IMG/VR virus record: IMGVR_UViG_3300020045_005785
Span: 1-39,126 of that record
Source: a virus
Taxonomy: Duplodnaviria > Caudoviricetes
DNA length: 39,126 nucleotides
Direction: 5' to 3' (one strand)
The notes beneath the pieces are model-generated. The model saw nothing but the letters and a program-made list of their open reading frames with translations, had not been told where the DNA came from and ran no database searches. How positions within the stretch are numbered: position 1 is the stretch's first letter; each line of letters begins with the position of its first letter. Positions 19,766-27,623 of this stretch are shown here, in pieces. A program made the position numbers and the translations under genes.

Positions 19766-19960
19766 TTATCTTTTATAATCATTATTTCTATCTATAATTC
19801 CTTTTGTTTTTAAATTTTCAACAACATTTTTAGATACGGTTATTTCTATATCTTTTTTATTTGTTATGTAATAAAAAGACGTGCTAAACCTTGTTACAAC
19901 TTCTAAAAAATATCCATTTTCTAACTTTTCTATAAGTTCTTTTTGTGATGTGATTGCCAT
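19766..19960 (-). CDS. hypothetical protein
   Basis: 64 aa, AT-rich leader. Confidence 0.55.
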   Translation of the reverse strand: MAITSQKELIEKLENGYFLEVVTRFSTSFYYITNKKDIEITVSKNVVENLKTKGIIDRNNDYKR

Positions 19961-20000
19961 AATTATTTGTTTTTTAATTGAACATTGTTTTTAAAATGGG

Positions 20001-20186
20001 CTATTCAGTAGCCCATTTTGGTAGTTTATTATTTTTATCATTTGTAGTAATGTAGTAAACTTTTGTTTCTGCAATTGCAGTAAATTCTTCTCCAATTCTA
20101 CCTACATAATAAGTTCCTTTTTGAAATGTACCTAAGCAAAATGTTTTAGTTGCTGTTACTGTTTTTGGTGTTTTGTAAGTTGTCAT
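20001..20186 (-). CDS. hypothetical protein
   Basis: 61 aa, first gene after a consensus promoter. Confidence 0.6.
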   Translation of the reverse strand: MTTYKTPKTVTATKTFCLGTFQKGTYYVGRIGEEFTAIAETKVYYITTNDKNNKLPKWATE

Positions 20187-20216
20187 AATTCCTATTTTTT
20201 AGTGATTTTCAATATT

Positions 20217-20247
20217 CAAAGATAGTTAAAAATATTAAGTGTGCAAA
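20217..20247 (-). promoter_or_regulatory. Bacteroidetes sigma70 promoter (-33 TTTG, 19 nt, -7 TATCTTTG)
   Basis: CAAAGATA at 20217-20224 and CAAA at 20244-20247 on the plus strand. Confidence 0.75.
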
Positions 20248-20310
20248 TTTAATTCACACTATTTTTATAAATAAGTGTTAATTTGTAATGATTCTAAATA
20301 ACATAAAATA

Positions 20311-20335
20311 AAAACCCTATCTTTCAATAGGGTTT
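20311..20335 (-). terminator. intrinsic terminator
   Basis: AAACCCTAT..ATAGGGTTT stem with a T-rich tail on the minus strand. Confidence 0.7.
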
Positions 20336-20448
20336 AAATTAATTTAATAATTTCGGTGGTCGGACACCATTTAAATAAGAACTGTAAATGTAATGATTTA
20401 AATGTTTAATTCAAAAACTTCAATCAAAAGTTTTAAGTTTGGATTATC

Positions 20449-20745
20449 TCAAAACGGCAAATCGTCTGGTTCAGGAATTTCTACACTATTTTGTTGTAGT
20501 GGTTCAGGCTCTTTTTGTTCACTTATTTTAAAGTTTCCACAATAAACTTTTTCGTCTTTTGTAGCGTCTTTAAATGAAATTTGAACACTTGCGTCATTTC
20601 CAAAATCATCTTTTTTGTCATTTATCCAAACATTTAAGTTTAGATAAATTTTACCGTTGCTGGCTTTAGAAAAAGCCTTATTACCTGCTTTTGCAAGTTC
20701 TAATAATTTTGAGAAGTCAACGCTTCCATAAAGTAATTTACTCAT
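20449..20745 (-). CDS. single-stranded DNA-binding protein-like
   Basis: 98 aa, acidic tail PEPDDLPF, next to the exonuclease. Confidence 0.7.
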   Translation of the reverse strand: MSKLLYGSVDFSKLLELAKAGNKAFSKASNGKIYLNLNVWINDKKDDFGNDASVQISFKDATKDEKVYCGNFKISEQKEPEPLQQNSVEIPEPDDLPF

Positions 20746-20748
20746 AAT

Positions 20749-21459
20749 TTAAAATTTTAATATATTTAATTCAATTTTTATTTCTTCTTTTAATTCTTTA
20801 GCGTTTTCTTTAGCCACTTTAACCCATTCATCAATAGTGCGCCAATCTGTAACGGTTTCGATTTTAGGTTTAATTTCTTTACCTCCTACACCATATTGTT
20901 TTATTTCAACTTTCTTTTTTGCTCCAATATCGACCAAACTTTTTCTAGTCAATTCCTTTACAAAAATAGGTTTATAAATGTTTTCCGGGCGATAACTGCA
21001 AAAGTAATGTTTTTCAAGTTTAGGATTAACTGTAAAATAATGTAAACATTGATGTATATTGTCGCTTGGAATTTCATTTGCTCGAATAGTTGATAAATGT
21101 TTTTTTGAATTTGGGCATTTTATTTCTGCTGAAATAGTTTCACATTCTGTAATTCCATCTGGAGAAATTCCTAAATACTCATTTTCCTCACATTGCAACC
21201 ATCCAACTTCTTTAAGTTCAATTCCTAAATAAGCACTCAAAGCACGTCTTGCCTCTGGTTCTAATTCAGTACCTCGAATCATATCATAAGATTGATAATT
21301 TTCTTGTAAATCAAATTCCTCGCAAAGTTCGCTTAAAACATCTTCTAAAAGCGTATCAGATTTTACAAATAAACCTTTTGATAAAGTGCCTCCAATTTTA
21401 CCATAACGCACTTTATGCCATTCCTCTGAATGCTGTTCAATATCATATCTTGCTATCAT
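20749..21459 (-). CDS. YqaJ/lambda-exonuclease-like recombination nuclease
   Basis: Q.SEEW..R.GKI, M.RG.ELEP.AR, SPDG and EIKCP motifs. Confidence 0.88.
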   Translation of the reverse strand: MIARYDIEQHSEEWHKVRYGKIGGTLSKGLFVKSDTLLEDVLSELCEEFDLQENYQSYDMIRGTELEPEARRALSAYLGIELKEVGWLQCEENEYLGISPDGITECETISAEIKCPNSKKHLSTIRANEIPSDNIHQCLHYFTVNPKLEKHYFCSYRPENIYKPIFVKELTRKSLVDIGAKKKVEIKQYGVGGKEIKPKIETVTDWRTIDEWVKVAKENAKELKEEIKIELNILKF

Positions 21460-21989
21460 TTTAAATCAGTTTTAAGTTTTTCTTTAAGTGCAATTACAGT
21501 CGGCAAATGTTGCTCAACTGGAGTTAATATTTTCCAAGCTATTTGTAACGCTTCTAAAGAAGTACACATATTTAATGCAGAAATTGCAGTAGCATCAGAA
21601 ACTAATTTCTTAACTACGGGTTTGACTTTAATTCCTCCCGTAACTTTACCCATCATTTTAACCGTTGGATCAAACCACAAATCAATTTGTACGTTTTTCC
21701 AATTAGGTAACATTCTGCTTTCAGCAGAACTACACCCTAATTTTTCTTTTACAATTTCGTTGATTATTTTACGGTTTCCACTATTGGCCACCATATCCTT
21801 AACAGGTTCAATAAACGATATAAAATAACCGTCTGTTTTGTTTCCTGATACATCTACACCTCTATCATAAAACGCTTCTTTAATCGTTAAAATACAACTG
21901 CCTTTTTCTTCTACAATTGCTTCAACATCGATACCAGCTAAATGCGTGGATTTTCGATACTTCATACTGTCAATCTCTGTTTCTTTCAT
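21456..21989 (-). CDS. hypothetical protein, possible ssDNA-annealing partner of the exonuclease
   Basis: 177 aa, coupled upstream of the exonuclease; function inferred from position only. Confidence 0.45.
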   Translation of the reverse strand: MKETEIDSMKYRKSTHLAGIDVEAIVEEKGSCILTIKEAFYDRGVDVSGNKTDGYFISFIEPVKDMVANSGNRKIINEIVKEKLGCSSAESRMLPNWKNVQIDLWFDPTVKMMGKVTGGIKVKPVVKKLVSDATAISALNMCTSLEALQIAWKILTPVEQHLPTVIALKEKLKTDLK

Positions 21990-22113
21990 AATTATCTATT
22001 TTTTAATTGTTTAATTTTCTATAATTCCTTAGCTTTTTGTAAAGCTATTAACGCTTTTGTTCTTAATGCTGATTGTGATTCGTAAACCCAATTAGTTATT
22101 GTTGCGCTCATAG

Positions 22114-22299
22114 TTATTTTAATGTTTTGATTTGCCAAACTCCAACTGCATATTCATATTTTTTCAACTCTTCATTTTCATAATTAAATGAAAAATGACA
22201 AACTTCATTTAATCCTTTATAGTTACAAACTAGTATTTTTGTAACCCAATTAGATAAAACATTACTACTTTCTACTATCCAATTTTTTTTCATAATCAA
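22114..22299 (-). CDS. hypothetical protein
   Basis: 61 aa in operon. Confidence 0.5.
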   Translation of the reverse strand: MIMKKNWIVESSNVLSNWVTKILVCNYKGLNEVCHFSFNYENEELKKYEYAVGVWQIKTLK

Positions 22300-22592
22300 T
22301 ATTTATTTAAAATTTCTTGTTTTTGTTTTTGTTCCTCGAATGATAAGTTTCCAAGCATAGAATACATTTCTTCAATGTCTTTTAGCTTTTTAAAATCGTT
22401 TTTCATTAATGCGATTTTCTCTGATAATTGCATATTCCATTGTTCCTCATTCTCTAATAATTGCTTTTGATATTGAGTAGCACGAATTTGATTCTTTAGT
22501 TTGTATTCTAAATTGTCATCGTTGACTTCCTCTGCTGTTTCCTCTTGGTTAGATGGATTTAGCGGGCTGTGGGTGTCGTAAGTGTCTAACAT
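22296..22592 (-). CDS. hypothetical coiled-coil protein
   Basis: 98 aa, first gene of the leftward transcript. Confidence 0.65.
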   Translation of the reverse strand: MLDTYDTHSPLNPSNQEETAEEVNDDNLEYKLKNQIRATQYQKQLLENEEQWNMQLSEKIALMKNDFKKLKDIEEMYSMLGNLSFEEQKQKQEILNKY

Positions 22593-22614
22593 AATTTATA
22601 TTTTTAAGTTTCGT

Positions 22615-22718
22615 CAAAGATAAAACTAATAATTGAATAAATTACACTTATGCGTTAATTTATAAACGTTCTAAATTACACTTATAATTTTTTTATGTGA
22701 CATTTATGTATATCTTTG
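22615..22718. promoter_or_regulatory. divergent promoter region with candidate operators
   Basis: TATCTTTG on minus (22615-22622) and plus (22711-22718); TAAATTACACTTAT at 22638 and 22672; imperfect palindrome at 22658-22676. Confidence 0.75.
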
Positions 22719-22740
22719 TTGAAAATAAAACTATAAAATT

Positions 22741-22992
22741 ATGGAAAATCAAGTGTACAGGGTTAATATGGAAAAAAGTGTCGATTTAGAATTTTATGTT
22801 TGTCACACAAACGAAATAGAACCATATAAATCAATTAGAGAAATAGGTATTCAATTAATTATTAACGATAAGCAACTTGATGCTTCATTAGAACCTCAGG
22901 AATTAGATTCTTTTATAAAGTATTTAATAGATTGTAAAAACTACATTACAAAATTTAACAAAGAAAGTATTCCAGAACCAAACGAAAAATAA
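22741..22992 (+). CDS. hypothetical protein
   Basis: 83 aa, first gene of the rightward transcript. Confidence 0.65.
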   Translation: MENQVYRVNMEKSVDLEFYVCHTNEIEPYKSIREIGIQLIINDKQLDASLEPQELDSFIKYLIDCKNYITKFNKESIPEPNEK

Positions 22993-22994
22993 AT

Positions 22995-23144
22995 ATGAAA
23001 AAACTACCAAAAGAACAGCACAAAAAACGGGTTTTACTATTCGTAGAACCCGAAATAGTGCAGGAATTGACAAAAGAAACGTGTCAATCGATTAGCAAAA
23101 CAGCAATCAAAAAAGAATATCGCAAACGTTTAAAAAATAAATAG
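22995..23144 (+). CDS. small basic protein, possibly ribbon-helix-helix (49 aa)
   Basis: Read manually: MKKLPKEQHKKRVLLFVEPEIVQEL... Confidence 0.55.
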   Translation: MKKLPKEQHKKRVLLFVEPEIVQELTKETCQSISKTAIKKEYRKRLKNK

Positions 23145-23282
23145 AGATGAAAGATAATTTAGAACAAATCAAAAGAGATGTTAGATTTATTACTATAATA
23201 GTTGCAGTTTTTGCAGGTGTAAAAATAGGACATTTTTTATTCTAGATTATTAATAACTTTTAGAAATCTATAAAAAAACATT

Positions 23283-23528
23283 ATGAAAACAGCAATGCAA
23301 GAATTTCAAAACAGAATACCAGATGCCTCACAAATAAAACAATATATTTTTGAAAATGATCCAGACGAAAAAATGCTTGATGAATGGTTATTTGAAATAA
23401 TATTTAAAGGCGTTGATTGGATTGAAAAAGAAAAAAAGCAGATTATTGATGCTAAATTAGATAAAGATTATTCAAATAGAATAGAAGGAGCAGAACAATA
23501 CTACAACGAAACATTTAAAAACGATTAA
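23283..23528 (+). CDS. hypothetical protein
   Basis: MKTAMQ..EKKQIIDA..AEQYYNETF, a pattern I recall from Bacteroidetes phages. Confidence 0.7.
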   Translation: MKTAMQEFQNRIPDASQIKQYIFENDPDEKMLDEWLFEIIFKGVDWIEKEKKQIIDAKLDKDYSNRIEGAEQYYNETFKND

Positions 23529-23530
23529 TT

Positions 23531-23845
23531 ATGAAAAAACTACTAAAATTACTCAAGTATCTAAACAACTTGACAAATAATCATCTAACTGCAAAGGAAG
23601 AAGCAGACCAGATATTAAAGTTCTTGCTATTGAAAAACTCCACTATCAAATCTATTGAGATTTGGGAAGCATTGGAAATAGCAATGGAATGCGAAATGAA
23701 GAAAAGAGAGAGTGAAGCAGCATACACTTGCCGTGCTATCAGCACAAAATGGAAATATCCTAGTAAAGTTTATGATCCAAACTTCGATAAACCATTATCA
23801 AATTTAGAAGTAGTTTATGAAATTGTAGAACCGGTAAAAAATTAG
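23531..23845 (+). CDS. hypothetical protein
   Basis: 104 aa, packed in the operon. Confidence 0.65.
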   Translation: MKKLLKLLKYLNNLTNNHLTAKEEADQILKFLLLKNSTIKSIEIWEALEIAMECEMKKRESEAAYTCRAISTKWKYPSKVYDPNFDKPLSNLEVVYEIVEPVKN

Positions 23846-23848
23846 ATT

Positions 23849-24109
23849 ATGGAATTTGAAAAATTAGAATTTGAGGCAATAAGTGGTTTTAAATCGTATC
23901 AAATTAGAAGGAAAGACAATCTAATAATTGCTGTAGTTACTGGTTTATCGAATAATGAAAATTTAAAGAACGCAACATTATTTGAATCAGCTCCAGAAAT
24001 GTTTGAAATGTTGAAAGATTTATTATCAATGTACACAAATACAGATAAGCCAAGTGTTAGGCTTATTTTAAATGCTAAACAACTACTAACAAAAATAACT
24101 GAATTATGA
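23849..24109 (+). CDS. hypothetical protein
   Basis: NA.L...APEM.E.L motif common in small phage proteins. Confidence 0.7.
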   Translation: MEFEKLEFEAISGFKSYQIRRKDNLIIAVVTGLSNNENLKNATLFESAPEMFEMLKDLLSMYTNTDKPSVRLILNAKQLLTKITEL

Positions 24110-24297
24110 TAGCAATAGCAATAATATTCATAATAGTTTTATTCTCATTTGTAATTGGTTTAATACTTATTTTAATCGAAGTAATCAATAAAAAGGATGA
24201 ACTTAAAAAGCAAGTTGAGGATTTAAACAAAGATAACAACGGTCTTTGTAAGGAAAATTTAGAGTTGATTGATAGGTTGATCAATGGTGGAATATAA
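24106..24297 (+). CDS. small membrane protein whose TAA stop forms the left boundary of the cassette array
   Basis: N-terminal TM helix plus coiled coil; ends GGAATATAA|C. Confidence 0.65.
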   Translation: MIAIAIIFIIVLFSFVIGLILILIEVINKKDELKKQVEDLNKDNNGLCKENLELIDRLINGGI

Positions 24298-24422
24298 CGG
24301 CGGACGCTACACGATGTCTGGGAAAAGCGCACACCCAGACTTCGGAAATGACAAATTAAAAAGGTGCAAAACAAACTTTAAATTTAACCCGAAACCCAGC
24401 TATTGTGTAGTATATATTACTG
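24292..24422 (-). repeat. attC-like site 1 (degenerate: ATTA in place of GTTA)
   Basis: TAAC 24295, arms CTACACGAT..CTGGG / CCCAG..ATTGTGTAG; homologous to site 8. Confidence 0.75.
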
Positions 24423-24450
24423 GCTGTGTTTTTATTCAACAACAAATATT

Positions 24451-24792
24451 ATGGCAACAAAAAATGGAATTGGATATTCTCCATTATCAGACAAAGTTTA
24501 TTTAGGAAAACAGAATACAGAAAAAGGAATGTGGACAGGCGCAAAAGAAGATATTACGCATCAATTTTTAGATGTATCGTTTGCTTATTTTGAAGAAAAC
24601 ACAATTAGGAATATCGGAAGTTCGGGAGGAAAAGAAAATCTTTTTATCAATGTGAAAAATGATAAAGCAGGAATTGAAAAGATAATTAAAAATCTAACTA
24701 AGCGGTTAGTTGAGCTAACATATCCAGTAACGTTAAAAATAAACGATGACAGCCTATGTACCAACACGCTTTCGGCTGTTATTGTTTATTGA
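24451..24792 (+). CDS. cassette A hypothetical protein (113 aa, MATKNGIGYSPLSDK...)
   Basis: ATG at 24451 after an AT-rich leader; reads through site 2. Confidence 0.65.
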   Translation: MATKNGIGYSPLSDKVYLGKQNTEKGMWTGAKEDITHQFLDVSFAYFEENTIRNIGSSGGKENLFINVKNDKAGIEKIIKNLTKRLVELTYPVTLKINDDSLCTNTLSAVIVY

Positions 24793-24801
24793 TTGTTACT
24801 G
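24725..24801 (-). repeat. attC-like site 2
   Basis: TAAC 24728, arms AATAAACGATGACAGCC / GGCTGTTATTGTTTATT, GTTA 24795. Confidence 0.85.
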
Positions 24802-24863
24802 GTTGTTTTTCTTTTTTTTTTTTACGTGCAAATGAAAATAAATTAAAAGTTTCTTTGAATAAG

Positions 24864-24895
24864 TTTGCGTATTCAAAATATAATGATTATCTTTG
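24864..24895 (+). promoter_or_regulatory. internal promoter of cassette B (TTTG-20 nt-TATCTTTG)
   Basis: Matches the Bacteroidetes -33/-7 consensus, 31 nt before the ATG at 24927. Confidence 0.75.
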
Positions 24896-24926
24896 AATAT
24901 TATTAATAATTAAAAAACATAATCTT

Positions 24927-25082
24927 ATGAAAAAAGTAATTGATGGGGATTTAATGGAATGTTTAGAAACTTTCAATCCAGAAGAAACTAATGAAATTTT
25001 GCAAAAATATGAAAATGAAGGAAGATGGGAAGATGTTTCAATAGATAGTGATGGCGATATAATTTTATATTCAGAATTATGA
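24927..25082 (+). CDS. cassette B ORF1, acidic 51-aa protein
   Basis: Read manually: MKKVIDGDLMECLETFNPEE...DSDGDIILYSEL; ATGA overlap with the next ORF. Confidence 0.65.
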   Translation: MKKVIDGDLMECLETFNPEETNEILQKYENEGRWEDVSIDSDGDIILYSEL

Positions 25083-25273
25083 AACTGGAACAAATAAAAA
25101 ATGATGAAATACTTGAAATTAATAGTAAGGTAATTCATAAAACCACTCTTGAAGTTGGAACATATATAGGCGAATGCTTAGGATTTGGAAAATGTAAAAT
25201 TGATTACGGAAATGGAGATGCCTATCCACAACCAAAAAGAAATATAATGAGAATAGCAAATTATGAAAATTAA
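25079..25273 (+). CDS. cassette B ORF2, 64-aa hypothetical
   Basis: Translationally coupled ORF. Confidence 0.65.
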   Translation: MKLEQIKNDEILEINSKVIHKTTLEVGTYIGECLGFGKCKIDYGNGDAYPQPKRNIMRIANYEN

Positions 25274-25415
25274 AAGAATATTACATTTGTATTGCCTAAC
25301 GTTTTGTTTATTATCAGTTCCTTTTGGAAGATTTTCAATATGGATAACTGTTATATCATTTATACACCTTATTCCAATAATGGTTTTATATTATGATAAA
25401 AAATTTAAACTATGA
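25263..25415 (+). CDS. cassette B ORF3, 50-aa hydrophobic (about 2 TM) protein
   Basis: Read manually: MKIKRILHLYCLTFCLLSVPFGRFSIWITVISFIHLIPIMVLYY... Confidence 0.55.
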   Translation: MKIKRILHLYCLTFCLLSVPFGRFSIWITVISFIHLIPIMVLYYDKKFKL

Positions 25416-25567
25416 AAAAAGATAATAGAGGAGGCTCTCGCTTAAATGCGGGAGCTAAACCAAAGTATAATGAACCGACCAAAACAATGGCTTTTCGTAT
25501 TCCTATATCAAAAAACGATGAAGTCAAAAAGTTAGTCAGAGAAATTTTGGCAGGTTACGAGAGATAA
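25412..25567 (+). CDS. cassette B ORF4, 51-aa probable ribbon-helix-helix DNA-binding protein
   Basis: Read manually: MKKDNRGGSRLNAGAKPKYNEPTKTMAFRIP... Confidence 0.65.
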   Translation: MKKDNRGGSRLNAGAKPKYNEPTKTMAFRIPISKNDEVKKLVREILAGYER

Positions 25568-25573
25568 AATAGC

Positions 25574-25650
25574 CAGTAACGGTTCGCAGCCTTGTACTGC
25601 CGCCTATGCGGTTGCGAGATTTTGGCGGTAGTTCAAGACTGCTGTTATAG
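25574..25650 (-). repeat. attC-like site 3
   Basis: TAAC 25577, arms GCAGCCTTGTACTGCCGCC / GGCGGTAGTTCAAGACTGC, GTTA 25644; near copy of site 7. Confidence 0.88.
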
Positions 25651-25681
25651 GCAGGACGGCAATTTAAAAACAAATATTCTT

Positions 25682-26131
25682 ATGAAAAAAATACACATCA
25701 ATAACGATGATAATTATGCAACCCCTCCAGAATTGTACGAGGAATTGAATAAACGATTTAATTTTGATTTTGATCCTTGCCCTTACAATGAAAATGAAAT
25801 TGTAAACGATGGATTAAAAATTGAATGGGGAAAATCAAATTTTGTAAATCCTCCTTACAGCCAAAAACTAAAACAGCAATTTGTAAAAAAAGCAGTTGAG
25901 GAAATGAAAAAAGGAAAAGTTTCTGTTTTTCTTATTCCTGTATCTACAAGTACAAAATTATTTCACGAATGGATCAAACCAAACGCAAGTGAAATTGAGT
26001 TCTTAAAAGGTAGAATTAAGTTTGGGAAACGAGATCAAAATGGAAATTTCTATTTACCATTAAACGATGAAGGAAAAACACAATCAGGCACAAAAGATAG
26101 TATGATAGTCGTCTTTGGATCTCTATCGTAG
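25682..26131 (+). CDS. cassette C: phage-type N6-adenine DNA methyltransferase (149 aa)
   Basis: YATP, FDFDPC, NPPYS, VFLIP.ST.T..FH and FLKGRIKF motifs. Confidence 0.85.
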   Translation: MKKIHINNDDNYATPPELYEELNKRFNFDFDPCPYNENEIVNDGLKIEWGKSNFVNPPYSQKLKQQFVKKAVEEMKKGKVSVFLIPVSTSTKLFHEWIKPNASEIEFLKGRIKFGKRDQNGNFYLPLNDEGKTQSGTKDSMIVVFGSLS

Positions 26132-26137
26132 TCTTGC

Positions 26138-26267
26138 CTATAACGGAAAAGATTGTCGTGGTTGGGATAAAATAAAAACAGATAATTAAATTTAAAACAA
26201 AACTGAAAGATGAAAAACAATGTAAAAGTTCAAGACAATACCCAATCACTACAATCGTGTGTTAGTG
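26138..26267 (-). repeat. attC-like site 4
   Basis: TAAC 26141, arms GATTGTCGTGGTTGGG / CCCAATCACTACAATC, GTTA 26261. Confidence 0.85.
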
Positions 26268-26392
26268 ATAGTGCTACTATTTTTGAAGTAGAATTGTACC
26301 GATTTATAAATAAGCACGTAAAAAATGGATTGTCAAAAACTGATTTAATTCACAAAATGAAATACGTTCTTAAATCTTGTGAATTGTCGTGA
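26210..26392 (+). CDS. cassette D ORF1 (60 aa), starting inside the loop of site 4
   Basis: ATG at 26210 after an A-rich leader; no in-frame ATG soon after the site. Confidence 0.5.
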   Translation: MKNNVKVQDNTQSLQSCVSDSATIFEVELYRFINKHVKNGLSKTDLIHKMKYVLKSCELS

Positions 26393-26429
26393 GGTTTTTA
26401 AATAAAAAATAACTAATAAAATCAAAATT

Positions 26430-26597
26430 ATGAGAATATCAGAAGTAGAAGTAGGATTTAAGTTTGAACACGGAATAAAAGGAGATTGTGTCGTTATTGC
26501 AAAGACACCAAGAACAATAACTATTAAACATAAGTTCGGAACAACAAAAACAACTTTTCGTTATAAAGACGCTTATTTTTCACCTTCGGATTTTTAG
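26430..26597 (+). CDS. cassette D ORF2 (55 aa, MRISEVEVGFKFEHG...)
   Basis: Read manually; ends just before site 5. Confidence 0.65.
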   Translation: MRISEVEVGFKFEHGIKGDCVVIAKTPRTITIKHKFGTTKTTFRYKDAYFSPSDF

Positions 26598-26615
26598 CTA
26601 TTCAAACCGCATTAT

Positions 26616-26706
26616 CACTAACGGCGGATGATAGTGGCTGTTTGCCACTACAAAAGTTGTTTCGGAGGAAAATGGTTGTGCAAATAGCCATTATCATTTG
26701 TTATCA
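26616..26706 (-). repeat. attC-like site 5
   Basis: TAAC 26619, arms ATGATAGTGGCTGTTTGC / GCAAATAGCCATTATCAT, GTTA 26700. Confidence 0.88.
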
Positions 26707-26751
26707 GCATACCACTTAACACAATTTTTAAACAATTTAAAACACATAAAA

Positions 26752-27042
26752 ATGAACAAAGCAGATTTTTTTAAAAAGAACGACGAAAAATTTTTACCGT
26801 TAGGATTCGAAAAAGACGAATTAGACCCAATGTTTTTTTATTCAAAAAGTTTGGTTTCAGATGAAGAAATCGAAGAAAATGGAATGGACGAAGATGATGT
26901 TCCAAAATTACTATTTGGAAATACGGGAATTAACAGAGGCTTTTGCATTTATACAGGCGTTCATTTCGTTTGGCTCGGATGCGGAACTCCAGAGGAAGCA
27001 ATTAAATTTTCTGAAAATATAGTTGCATTTGAAGAATGTTGA
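26752..27042 (+). CDS. cassette E acidic hypothetical protein (96 aa)
   Basis: ATG at 26752; fills the cassette. Confidence 0.7.
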   Translation: MNKADFFKKNDEKFLPLGFEKDELDPMFFYSKSLVSDEEIEENGMDEDDVPKLLFGNTGINRGFCIYTGVHFVWLGCGTPEEAIKFSENIVAFEEC

Positions 27043-27059
27043 GCGACTCCAACGGTTGC

Positions 27060-27135
27060 TGATAACGTTAAAACTACACGCTGGTTGCCTATTTATTCCA
27101 ATGCTTCGGCAACTAGCTTGTAGTGATTGTTATAT
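27060..27135 (-). repeat. attC-like site 6
   Basis: TAAC 27063, arms ACTACACGCTGGTTGCC / GGCAACTAGCTTGTAGT, GTTA 27129; same ends as site 2. Confidence 0.88.
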
Positions 27136-27171
27136 TCTCGGCTTTTTTTACTCATTAAATAAATTAAAACA

Positions 27172-27465
27172 ATGAAAGCAAATAAAGAAAAATTAGATAT
27201 AATATTCAATTATTATACCCAAAATGAACTAGCAATTGCATTAGGAATTACGCAATGGAAGTTATTGCAAAAAATGCAAAATGATGATTTTACTCAGGTA
27301 GAAATCAATGATATTGACCGTATTTTTGAAAAAGAAATTAAGGAATCAAAAGAATATATCCACGATGTATTTATGGGAAAAATTAAAATACCACAAGATA
27401 TTTTAGATAAATCTTTTGAAGGTACAAAAGGAAAAATATTAAAATGGATTCCTGATAAAAAATAA
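27172..27465 (+). CDS. cassette F Cro/CI-like HTH protein (97 aa)
   Basis: YTQNELAIALGITQWKL..K....DFT..EI pattern. Confidence 0.65.
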   Translation: MKANKEKLDIIFNYYTQNELAIALGITQWKLLQKMQNDDFTQVEINDIDRIFEKEIKESKEYIHDVFMGKIKIPQDILDKSFEGTKGKILKWIPDKK

Positions 27466-27514
27466 CTAAATTTCAGCAAGAGTAGCTTTGGTTACAAAGT
27501 TGCTCGAAGCTGGA

Positions 27515-27590
27515 ATATAACGATTAGCAGCCTTGTACTGCCGCTATGCGGTTACGTAAATTCGGCGGTAGTTCAAGACTGCTGTTATGA
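27515..27590 (-). repeat. attC-like site 7
   Basis: TAAC 27518, GTTA 27584; arms nearly identical to site 3. Confidence 0.88.
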
Positions 27591-27623
27591 CCAGTGCCTA
27601 TACTAATTTTTAAATATAAACAA

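Noticed and set aside
23936-23945. GTTACTGGTT matching the cassette B end
   Set aside because: It lies inside a coding region with no hairpin or partner repeat, so it is probably chance.
24284-24505. 73-aa plus-strand ORF, and the upstream extensions of ORFs at 24403, 25592, 26698 and 28071
   Set aside because: They are mostly translations of the hairpins; better ATG starts with AT-rich leaders lie downstream.
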